A DNA stretch of 64,000 nt from Strigamia acuminata (lineage: Eukaryota): assembly GCA_949358305.1 (NCBI GenBank), contig OX442314.1, positions 26,412,001 through 26,476,000 on the forward strand, read 5' to 3'. The notes below the pieces were generated by a model. The model was not told the origin of the DNA. It saw only the letters and a list, made by a program, of their open reading frames with translations, and made no database searches. The stretch's first letter is position 1. Every line of letters begins with the position of its first letter. Of the stretch, positions 48,401 through 59,792 are shown one piece after another. The position numbers and the translations under genes were made by a program.

Positions 48401-51400
48401 ATCCATTCTGCAAATGCATGTTCACCAACTAGAATACACAAAAGAAATAAGCCACAACCAAAAACGTTGAGTAGGGCTACTTCTCCAATTAGAATGCCTA
48501 CAAAAATGGTCACCAGGACTACTTCACCGGAGAAAATGGTCACCAGGACTACTTCACCAGAGAAAATAGTTACCAGGACTACTTCACCAGAGAAAATGGT
48601 TACCAGGACTACTTCACCAGTGAAAATAGTTACCAGGACTGCTTCACCAGTAAAAATGGTTACCAGGACTACTTCACCATATAAAATGTTGTTAAACAAA
48701 ACAACGTCACCAATAATGACATCTTCTGATGAAAGAACTTACAGCCCACCCATTTCTCCGCAAAGAACATTCAGTCCATCCTGTTCTCCCAGAAGAGTAT
48801 GTGGTCCACCACTGTCTCCGCAAAGAACATTCAGTCCACCCTGTTCTCCCAGAAGAGCATGTAGTCCACTATCTTCTCCTGAAAGAGTATCTAGTCCAAG
48901 GCACTCTCCTTTACGAGTATCTAGTCCAAGGCATTCTCCTTTAAGAGTATCTAGTCCAAGGCACTCTCCTTTAAGAGTATGTAATCCAAGGTCCACTCCG
49001 ATAAGAGTACCTAGTCCACCTAATTCCCCGAAAAGACCATTTAGTCCTCGCGCTAAAGCATCTTCAGTTGCCAAAAGTAAAAGCTTATCTTCAAGTAAAA
49101 TGAAGTCTACATATTATACAGGCAGAAGCAGAAGTCCTTCACCTACAAGAAGAAAACATTTAGTCCATTCTTGTAAAAGTTCTCTTTATTCTCCTTCGTA
49201 TGAAGAGATATGTTCACCACCGAAGAGTCCGAAGACTAGTTTTAGCAATCTTAGTTCCTACCCACAGACTGTAATAGAAGAAGATCAATATCTATGTAGC
49301 ATTTTGGATAAAAAATCATCCCTGGATTGTTATGCTGAGATTGATGACAAATTGAAGAGGTTAGTAGCATAACAGTCTTGTTATATACATAGCGACCAAA
49401 ATAATATTCAACTATGCTATAACAAAGATGAGTTATTCTGGTGGCTAGTGCTATTAACCTAACTATTATGGGTCTATTTTTTTTTAGAAAGTCAGACACA
49501 CAACCCAGAACTATTGAAACTCAAGTAAAGACATTATTTTCTGAATTATTTGCCTTCATAATGAATGCTTTTTTTTTCGTAGGTTGATAGTGACATTTTT
49601 CCACCGCAACCTCCAGTAAGATCATAAAAAGAATAATTTGAGAACAAAAAAGAAAGTAATTAAACTATTTTTAACAGAAAGAACAGAGGCTACCTTTTCA
49701 AGATATAAAGCACGGCTTACTGGATGTGGTCAATGAATTTGCGGAAACTCATCATCATGTAATAAATCAACTGGAGGAAGTTCGTGAACTAATGGTAACA
49801 CCGTAAACCTAAAAGAAAATTATTTTATGTAAAAAAAATTGTAAATCAAACAGAAAGAAATGAATAGACAGGATAAAGACAGAGCAATACAACAAACAGA
49901 TCAAAACATACCACCTTCAGGTAAATACCATACCACCTAACATTCATTTAACGAAGTGGCTACGTTCATGCCCGACATGAACAGAATGTCGCGTGTATTA
50001 CAGATCCCCAATGGATTTCAACCAATCATAGCGCATCATTAAAATAATACGTTTATGTCGGATGTGAACGTAGCCACTGCCTTCATTTAAACATTTCAAA
50101 TGATGTGTATACATGTTGCTAATGATTTACAGAAACAAATCAAATAGTTCTCTCTCAGTTGCAAGAAGTACACGACTTCATGGTAAAGATATTAACTATC
50201 AAATTTTATAATAAGTTGATAGACCAATAAATATCTTATTACAATACAGAAAGAAATGCGCCAAAATGATAAGAACTGCAGAGCAATAGACACCATTCAG
50301 ACCTCTCCGCCTTCAGGTTGCAACATTGAAGCCTGTTCTGATAATAAGAATTAACTATAAATATTTTTATAAATAATGCAGATGGTGCTTGCCACTTCAG
50401 TCCACTGCAGAACGGTCGCAAATCACTGCAGAATGAAATGTACCAACCAGATGAGTCAAGGCAACAACAAGAAGAATCTTCAGGTAAATATATTGGAAGT
50501 TAATAAAGTCGGATTTAGACTAAAGCCTGAAGCATGAGCTTAAATACAATAGTAGTTAGTTTCTACCACCTGTAACTGCTTGATATTTTGTAAGTAGAGC
50601 AATCACAATGCCTCGATGTTCCAAAGGCAAGTTTTGAGAATAGGAAAAGCCGACGACAAACTTGTCAAATCCCATCTCCGCCGAATGTCCCATCCGAACA
50701 TTCCTCTTGCACTGCACCTTTGTATGGTAAAAAGTATACAGACACAAAACACAATTGTCATCCAATCCGCAAACAACCAATTCCCGGCTTGGAAGGATAC
50801 GACCGTGCCGAAGAGTCGCCATCACGCGAAAGAAAATGCAAAATCAGAAAAGAAACAAACCCATACCACAATTATTCTCCACACAATTCTTGCATCCCAT
50901 GGGAGCCTCCAAGTGCAGATCTCTATGGAAGAATTCCAAGCGATAGTCCCAAGCGGGTTATCCAAACCGACTCAAACAGACGCAAGATTGAAAAGTGTCA
51001 AAGCCCTCCAAGTGTTAGCGGTCAAAGACCCACAATTTCAAAATACTACAATTATGTAGGAGAAAAAACGAGTGAAAATTGTTTGTCCCAGAGACCATGG
51101 GCACTCAAATCAACAGCCAATCACAGGTGCTTGAAAGTCCAAAATGTAAACAATTCAATCATTGCTGAAGAGAGTAGAAAAATCTGTTGTGACAATACAT
51201 ATTGTGTAACTAAAACATTTTCTCCAACACACTATGGCAAAACTAGCACAAGTACTAAGCAAACAATGCAAACCAGACCTTTGATCACTTCCCCATATTG
51301 TGCTTATTTGCAATGTGCATCTCCTCTGACTTGTCCTCAGACATCAACTTGTGCTGAATATGTTAGAAAGCAGAGAATATCACCTAGACCAAAGAGTTCA

Positions 51401-54400
51401 AGAATTAACCCATTTCTTATAGAAAATATAGCAGAAATGGACGAGGATAAGGAGAATGTGGTACAAATTTGTGACAAAAATTGGCACAGTACTTCAGCAA
51501 TTCCACCATCAGCAGACAAATGCATCCAAAGAAATCTAAGAAGTTGGAGCCATCATCTTTCAAACAAAACTGTTGGTATGTTTCAGTAACAAAATGCAAT
51601 CACAATTCATAAATCACTTAGCCGCAACCATCGCGCGTGCAATTACTGTATTACCCTGCTTTGGAGGGCATGTCCTAAAACCAGTCCCAATTTTCAAGGA
51701 AGAATTCGACTTTTATGGCGTGCAAAAAAAGTACCAGCCAATTAGATGTTGGGATCTGGTCAAACTCGCATTTTAGGGCATTTCCTCCAAAGCGGAGTAA
51801 TATGGTACAACTATGAATGAACAATCCATAGTTTAATGACCAACCAAATTCCTATTGAGCGAATAATCCATACGTATTGTAATTGAATCTGTTTATTAAT
51901 TTACAGAAAGGGAAACTAGTGGGGCTGACGAAGGGCGTACTGACAGTGCGAAAGCCGATATTGTTAAACCAGAAAATGATGAATTTATCAACATTCAAGG
52001 AGTTAAGAACTATGATTCTGGAATAGATGTTGAAGATGAGAAGAAATCAATACTGGATTTCCATATTCCTGATATTGCAGAGGATGTAACTATGGTATGT
52101 TGATTAGTTCCACAATTAAATAAAAAAAATTATTCTCTTTGATAGATATTTGAATTGGATGAAGTTGTGTTGATTAATGAGGTGCAGGAAGATAATAATC
52201 AGACTTTAAGCTACGAAGTTGATGATTTTGAAGAAAAGGATAAATCACAAACTCCACAAGTTAAAGCCAGAGATTCTCTCCACCTTAAACTAAAGACCAT
52301 TAAAGAGCAATGTGACTTGATGGATGCTATTTCAAACGAGTTACAAATAGATTTTGAAGACAGCAAACAGGTATGATGTAGCTAAAGCACAATTATCAAT
52401 TTCATTCACTGTTGAACAATTTTCGCTTTTCATTTTGGTTGGATCGAGTTTAACAAGTTATTACATCACTTAAGGCAATTGTCACTCGCCAATTACAGGT
52501 TAGAAATTTCAAATGAACCAATCAGAAGCTGCTACAATTATAAATCAACCAATCAGAAGCTGCTACATTTATAAATCAACCAATCAGATGCTAATAAATT
52601 TTTAAATTACTATGTAACGTTTTTTTCCAACTAACCAATGAAAAGCCACAAGTTTTTTAAGGTTTCCAATAGAAATCCAATATTTTTCTAAATAATATTT
52701 GGTAAAAAACTGTATTTTTTTAAAATCTTTTAAATTAAGACGCTAGAGGGAGTTTGGTTAGTAGTTGTCATGGAAACAAATTATAAATAAGACTGTGATA
52801 TGAACTTTACTTAAATTCCTACAAGATAATGAAATAAAATCAAATATTCCAAAATTTAAAAATGAAATCAAGACTTTCAACCGATATTTCCATACGCACG
52901 TGATAAAAATAGTTCAAATCTAAATTCGTGAGTTTTTACTCAAATAAATTAACTAACTTGTAAGGTACAGAGTCACAGAATAAATAAAGGTAAACAAAGT
53001 GTTGATGTACATTAATAGACATTACTTTTGCAGTTACTGAATTCGGTCGGCCAGTTAGCAGATAGTAATATGTTTCAGCCATCGCCAAGGAACCACCAGT
53101 AAGCAAATACTCGAGTATTTAAAATCATTTAACTAGTACAAATACCAACTTAAAAAACGCTTTTCAGTGTTGCAAAAACACTGAAATGTACCGGATTAAG
53201 TCTTTTTTTCTGTTTACGTAGAATTTACAGGTCCCCACGCTTAACTCTCAACCTAAATCCAAATGCTCAATTAGTCGTCCATCTGCCCAAATCCAAACCC
53301 AATTTGAGCTACAACAGTTACGCGCACGAATACACGAGAATTCACAGCTGCCACGCCAGAGATTACTCGCCAGCCCACAGCTGCCAAGCCAGAAATTACT
53401 CGCCAGACTACAGCTGTCAAAGCAAGGATTATTCGCCAGTGCACAGTTGTCAAAGCAAAGATTATTCGCCACTGCACAACTATCAAAGCAGATGTTTTAC
53501 GCCAATCAACAGCTGTCCGAGCAAACAGACTACGAGCTTGTCCAGTGACACGATCGAACACTTTCCAAGTCCAGCCACGTCGAAGAATGTCGCTTCGGTT
53601 CACAGTTCGGTGCATTCGAAGGAATGCCAGCACAACATGCATGTCAAAATGAGAATGCAGGATGCGTGTGAACTGATGAAAGAACTGCTTTCGTCGGACA
53701 CAAACGTTGCTAGTTCCGGCACCGAGCAGTTGGCACTTGCCGAAAACGCCAAGCCGAAGGAGATGAAGCAAATTCTCACAAAAATGGAAGAAACCTTGAA
53801 GAAGGATCTTTCCAAAATGGGAATTTATAAAGCTCCATATCTCCAGGCAAACAGCTGGGCAACTAATTCAAACGACAGCGCTCAGTTGTACAATACTGTG
53901 AAGGAAGACGGCAGAAGTCGGGATGCGGCAAGCAGCAGCCAAAACGGTCAGTATGGTCAGTATGGTCAGTTTGGGCAGCATGATGGCGACATGACGAAGC
54001 CCACGGTTCACCCTCTCCGCGATCTGTCAAAGACAAAAAAACTGAGTGACAGGTCAGCAAAAAATTTGAAATTCAACGACGTGTTGGTATCAAAAGAGCA
54101 GCAATTGGGCAACACGATGAAATCTAGAGACCCACAATTGGGCGACATGCCGAAATCTAGAGACCCGCAATTGATCGAAGTGTCGAAATCTAGAGACCCG
54201 CAATTGGATGACGTGTCGAAATCCAAAGACCTGAAATTAAGCGACACGTCGAAATCCAAAGACCCGCAAGTGGGCGACACGTCAAAATCAAGAAACCTGC
54301 AATTGGATGACATGTCGAAATCTAGAGACCTGAAAATGGGCGACACGTCGAAATCCAAAGACCGGAAATTAAGCGACACGTCGAAATCCAAAGACCTGCA

Positions 54401-55590
54401 AATGAATGATAAATCGAAATTAAAAGATTGGCAATTAAATGGCATGTCGAAATCAAAAGACCCGCAATTTGGCGACAATTCGAAATCAAAAGACCCGCAA
54501 TTTGGCGACAATTCGAAATCAAAAGACCCGCAATTTGGCGACAAGTCGAAACAAAAAGGTCCGCAATTGGGCGACACGTCGAAATCCAAAGACCCGCAAT
54601 TGGGCAACGCGTCGAAATCCAAAGACCCGCAATTGGGCGACACGTCGAAATCCAAAGACCCGCAATTGGGCAACGCGTCAAAATCAAAAGACCAGCAACT
54701 GGACGACACGTCAAAATCAAAAAACCTGCAACTGAATTTAAAGTCAAAACCAAAATACCAGCAAGCGCGCACCAACAATATTCCAAAGCCAAACACACGT
54801 GTGCCACGTGTGTCACGTGTTAATGACAAGCCAGTGTCAAATTTGCAACACCTACTGTCGCACTCTCATTTAGACACAGAAATAATGCATGGAGCTTCAC
54901 ATTTGAGCGAGCTAACCAAGTCTCGTAAACACTCTGCACCCAAAACAAAAATTTCGCATCCAAGTATCGCATCGATGGCCACAATCCAGCGTCCGAGCGT
55001 CAGCCAGAAGAAAATCTCATCCGTGTCAACTACTCAGCCTGACAAGTCGAATAAAATGGCGGACAAATCCGGTCAGCCGGAAAAATTTGGAAAGAAGAAG
55101 TCGCGGCGGAAACTGCGTTTGGCCAAAAAAGGATCGTTTGAACGCAATTCGTTTCACCCGCTCGAACCGAAGACGAGGATCAAATGGTTACATCAGCCAC
55201 TTCCGGTTCTAGTGCGCTCAAACAGAACGCAATTTTTGAGGGAGCAAGAAATGTTGAAGACTAAAGGTTTGAGCAATTATTATTATTCTTGTTTGCTCGT
55301 TTGTTACGTTTAATTTACTTACCAGCGACGTCAGGGGCCGTGCACCCGAAAGTCGGAGTTGTAGATTTGGTTGATAGTGCTGACAATATGGACCTACAAG
55401 GTAGATTTAAGTTTGATCTGATTTTTTGAGGATTTTCGAGTTTGATTGCCTTTTTATTGCAGAGGATGATGCGCCGTTGCAGAGTGAGTCTGAAAGGTTT
55501 TCTATCTCGACCACGAGCAGTCCGAGCACTTGGAACGTGCCGCGGGATGTGAGGGAAATTATTTATGGTGGAAATAATGATTCTAATTGA
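39444..55590 (+). CDS. CPLANE1: CPLANE1/JBTS17/C5orf42-like ciliogenesis protein, multi-exon (start approximate)
   Basis: Motifs recalled from vertebrate CPLANE1, in the same order: KKKPW (39890), DLVW...SRLGHP (41170-41250), DSTATDSNSNPKQRYSITTHPKHPAMFYSDG (43050-43140), EQCDLMDAISNELQIDF (52300-52356), and terminal STWNVPRDVREII with stop at 55588-55590. Introns are GT-AG. Confidence 0.75.
41447..42830. repeat. Intronic satellite, 30/40-bp units built from 10-bp subunits
   Basis: tcaaaattta-tcaaaataat-tcacattttg repeated ~40 times with variants. Confidence 0.97.
48500..49040 (+). repeat. Coding 30-bp tandem repeats (MVTRTTSPEK; RVSSPRHSPL)
   Basis: In-frame repeats within ORF 47492-49372. 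Confidence 0.9.
49951..50083. mobile_element. Intronic MITE (agtggctacgttca family)
   Basis: Same TIRs as 17277-17598. Confidence 0.75.
51643..51807. mobile_element. Intronic MITE
   Basis: tactgtattaccctgctttggagg / cctccaaagcggagtaatatggta imperfect TIRs. Confidence 0.65.
53320..54760 (+). repeat. Coding tandem repeats: 33-bp (HSCQSKDYSPV, 53320-53520) and 36-bp (SKSKDPQLGDT-type, ~54090-54760)
   Basis: In-frame repeats in ORF 53304-55313. Confidence 0.9.
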
Positions 55591-55677
55591 TTGATTTGAT
55601 TTGATGGATTGTTTGTACGAAAAAATTTATTTTTAAAGTTCACAGTTTAATAAGAATAATTTTAAAAATGTATGCTT

Positions 55678-55717
<40 letters not shown>

Positions 55718-55722
<5 letters not shown>

Positions 55723-58700
55723 GGCGTAATAAGATGTTGGATGAATCCGGTATGGTCGGTAGGAAGAATGGGATTAGTTTGGGTTTTGCAGCCGCTGGTT
55801 TGAGGTGACTCTTTTTCTGAAAATGAAAGGAAGAAATTTAAATAAAATCGATTTTGTCAGCATCAGACAAAAAACAATCAACATTTTCAACATTTTCTTG
55901 AAATTTATCAGAAATTTCTCAATTTTCTCGACATTTACAAGAAATTTCTCAATTTACCCCACATTTATCCGAAATTTCTCAATTTTCTCGACATTTATCA
56001 GAAATTTCTCAATTTTCTCGCCATTTACAAGAAATTTCTCAATTTTCTCGACATTTACAAGAAATTTCTCAATTTTCTCGACAGTTATCAGAAATTTCTC
56101 AATTTTCCCCACATTTATCAGAATTTTCTCAAATTTCTCGACATTTATCAGAAATTTCTCAATTTTCCCCACATTTATCAGGAATTTCTCAAATTTCTCG
56201 ACATTTATCCGAAATTTCTCAAATTTCTCGACATTTATCAGAAATTTCTCAATTTTTCCTACATTTATCAGAAATTTCACAATTTTCTCGACATTTATCA
56301 GAAATTTCTCAATTTTCCCGACATTTATCAAAAATTTCTCAAATTTCTCGACATTTATCAAAAATTTCTCAAATTTCTCGACATTTATCAGAAATCAATT
56401 TATCAAAAATCAGAAAATCAGAAATTCAACATTACCTTTAACATCCTAATCCAAAATGAATTCGGCACATCAACAGTTTGAACCAAATCACTCCTCCTCT
56501 CTTCCAACTCCTCCAAAACAACTTCAGTTTCAACTTCCATCTCAACATTTTCCTCATCAGTCACGCAAGATTCAGACGACGGCAACTCTAACGTCGCAGG
56601 CCGAAAATCCTCCGACAAAGGCGGCAAAACCCCAATCCGCAATTTCTTTTTCCACAAATAAACACACAACTCGTCTACATGACACGTCGCGAGCGTAAAA
56701 TCTTTCCAAGACACAGACAAACTAATACACGGCGACGTAACGCAAAAACAGTCGATCAAAGCGCCGTTTTGCAAATCCCACGTGCGTATTGTCGAGTCCA
56801 TCGACGAACTGACCAACCAACGCGAATCCGGACTAAAACACTAAAAAAAAAAAAAAATAATTAACTCACAGCAAATAAACTCATCATTAACTATTCATTA
56901 CCGCATCTGTGATTCTATTCGTGTGTCCTTTGAACACTCTGGCCGCTTTTCGCGTACTTGTATCAAATATAAATACGCTGAAATTATCTAAAATACACGC
57001 GAGAAGCCCACTGAAATATTATTAAACGATTAATTAATTGTTTAATTAAATTTTACGTCGAAAAAAAATCCATACTTTTCTCTTTTGAGTACGAGTTTTG
57101 AAGCAGCGGCATCCAACGGCACGCTCTCGATCAATTCCTTCGTTTTAAATTTCCAATATTTCAATCTTGAGTCGATTCCGGCCGTAAAAGTCGTGTGGTT
57201 CAAGCCGTCGACAGCGACGCCGCTCACCGCCAACTTGTGGGCTCTCGGTACGCCGTACGTGCCTCGCCAAATGCCGGACTGGAGGTTAAAAACATCGACG
57301 TGTCCGCTATCGTACCCGATTATAACAAAATTACCGCAAGACGTCAACGTCACGCACTGGAAACACGAAATAAAATGAATTAAATACGTCTTCTGACGAA
57401 ACAAAATTAAATTCGCACCTTTGCAACGACTTTGAGATCCAATTTGAACCTGTCGTGCCTCAAATAATGCGCTCCCAATTTGCTCCTATGTGTCGACCAG
57501 GTGCTGGTTGTGGCGAATCCACGATGACACGCAACGACGTTGTCCCATTCACGTTCTCTCGTCGGCTCTGGAGAGCGAATTAATTAATTTTAATAATTAT
57601 TTGAGTCCGATTTAACTTACCGGCATCGAAACAAACTATACATGGCATTTTCAAATGCTCGTAGTGATGTTTTTTGTACGATTTCTGGTGCAACGACGCG
57701 GTTCCCAAGTTTTTATGTAAAAGATCGTTAATCGTGGAGAAGGATTTCAAAGTGCTGTCTTGTCCGGCGCTTAAAACGTCGTCCGCGTTGTTTCCGTAAA
57801 ATCGGATGAAGGTTGGCGGCGCGCTGTGTCCTTGTCGCAGCTTTAACACCCGCGCTCCGTCGGCGGATTGGTCGAAAATCCAGATTTTTAACGAATTGTC
57901 GGGCGACGAAGTGATGAGAAGAGGTTCTTCGGGTAAAAACTCCATTCCGGTCACGTACGTCGTGTGCGCGTCGCGAATCTGCGACACCAATTTCTTCTTT
58001 TCTAAATTCCATATCGCGATGTGACCGATGGGACTTCCCGTAGCCAATATCGGTTGTCCGTCTGATAATAAAATTTAATTAGATAAATTTTGTAATTTTA
58101 ATTTTTTTTTTTAATACCCGTTCTGAAGGCAATTGAGGTGACGGAGCCCCACTCCTGTTTGAATTTCATCAACGTTTTATCGTGTTCTAAATTGTGGATA
58201 ATTATTTCGCCGGACGTTAAACCGATTGCAACAACATCAACGGCCGTGGATTGTTGTATAACGGTTATCTCGGAGTCCCAGCCGTTGTACGAACGACTCA
58301 ATTGGCTGGTTTCTATGTTCCATAGTTGCATCTTTCCTTGTTTGCTGCCCAAGAGAATTTCGTCCAAATACGTGTTTGGATGCATTATGGCCGTTATTTC
58401 AAAATTCTTTTTGTCGATCGTCAACTCCAATTCCATTTCTAAATATAAAATAAATAAATAAATAAAATCATAAAATTGAAAAATTCGAAAAATTTGAACC
58501 TTTCGTGTCGATATTCCATTTTTTCACGTTATTTTCTTCGTTTACGGAGATTAAAAACGGTCCGAATGGCAACATAAGTCGGACATCACTGTCGTCTTCG
58601 TAAGTGTTTATCAACTGGTAATATATTTCATAATAATTTTAATTTACTTCATTTTATATTTCGTTTATTTTTAATACTTCGCATCCTCTTTTCCAAGAAC

Positions 58701-59026
58701 GAATCACGTTTTGACACCCGGTGTAAATCAAGTATTTATCCGTTGCGGTGCACGTAATATCGCACGGGTGGGATTCGGAGACGGACAATAGACGGAGTTT
58801 ACTGCACTAAAAATAAATAAATACAGAAATTTTTATATTAAATTTAAATTATGTAAAATATTCAATTTTTTTAAAATTTACTTACACCGTAAGTGTTGAA
58901 AACTTTTCCGACACAAGTCACGACTAAATTCTCGCCCCGTCTTTCAATATACCGTGTTCGTAACGGTATGTGATTTGCGACAGAGCCCAGGCTTTTATAA
59001 CCACAAAATATTTTACTGCCACTCAT
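55718..59026 (-). CDS. WDR36: WDR36/UTP21 (UTP-B subunit), ~10 exons, lacking the C-terminal domain
   Basis: MSGSKIFCGYKSLG; HPNTYLDEILLGSKQGKMQLWN; SIAFRTDG; SSPDNSLKIWIFD; RQGHSAPP; SSMDSTIRTWDL; ends KPKLIPFFLPTIPDSSNILLRH* (TAA at 55718-55720). Confidence 0.93.
55893..56392. repeat. Intronic 30-bp satellite (10-bp subunits)
   Basis: gaaatttctc-aattttctcg-acatttatca, ~16 copies. Confidence 0.95.
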
Positions 59027-59392
59027 GCCTGCGTTTATTTTATGAAGAAAAACTAAAATGTTAAGAAATTTACACTCTCCGCGACAGCATGGTTGATTCA
59101 AGCTTCTAGGTTTCGCCGCAACAAGCGCAAGAGCGCACCAGGAGTAAATAATGCATCTTCTACACTCACAAGTCAGTCGAAATATGTAAATTTAATTTGA
59201 AAATCTAATCCGAAAAAAGAAAAAAAGTTTTCAGCTGTGATTATCAGTGCATTTGCTTAGGTAGTTAATTCGACAAAAAAAGTCAAAGAATGGTTAATAT
59301 AATAATCGATGTAGCAGCTGCTTGATGCATTACACAAGCCTGGAGTGCGGAAGCCAATTTGAAATAAATTTTATTTTTATTTTATTACATTT

Positions 59393-59792
59393 TTATAGTA
59401 CAGGATTTATTATATACTTAATCAAACATAACGACTGATTGAATTGCTTCCTCAGTTTTTCCCATGATCCTTTGAGAGCCATTAAAAGGTTCTCAACAAC
59501 TGGCAGAACATCTTTGTCAGCCACAACACTGTTGCAAATGGCATCCCAATGAATCTAAGTCAAACGAATTAATTACGGTCAACCGAAAAATTCAACCAAA
59601 ATACACACAACAAAATTACCTGTAAAAATAACGCTAAATATGATTGTACGAGATTATAGCTCAAATTCGAATTGAGCGCAGCTGTAATAACTTTGAGAAA
59701 TTTAACTGCAGACACCCGCGATTCCATGCTCGTTACTGCGCTAACACCAACAGGCAAACTCGTTCTTTTTAATTCGTCAATTACTAATTGAT
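59393..59792 (-). CDS. Two exons encoding the Utp21/WDR36 C-terminal domain, apparently the terminal exons of the PWP2 transcript
   Basis: 59792-59620: YQLVIDELKRTS...FLKVITAALNSNLSYNLVQSYLALFLQ. 59554-59393: IHWDAI...SWEKLRKQFNQSLCLIKYIINPVL*. Canonical splice sites, AATAAA downstream. Confidence 0.85.

Noticed and set aside
55679..55720. WDR36 as a processed retrocopy because of the poly(A)
   Set aside because: The gene retains about nine introns.
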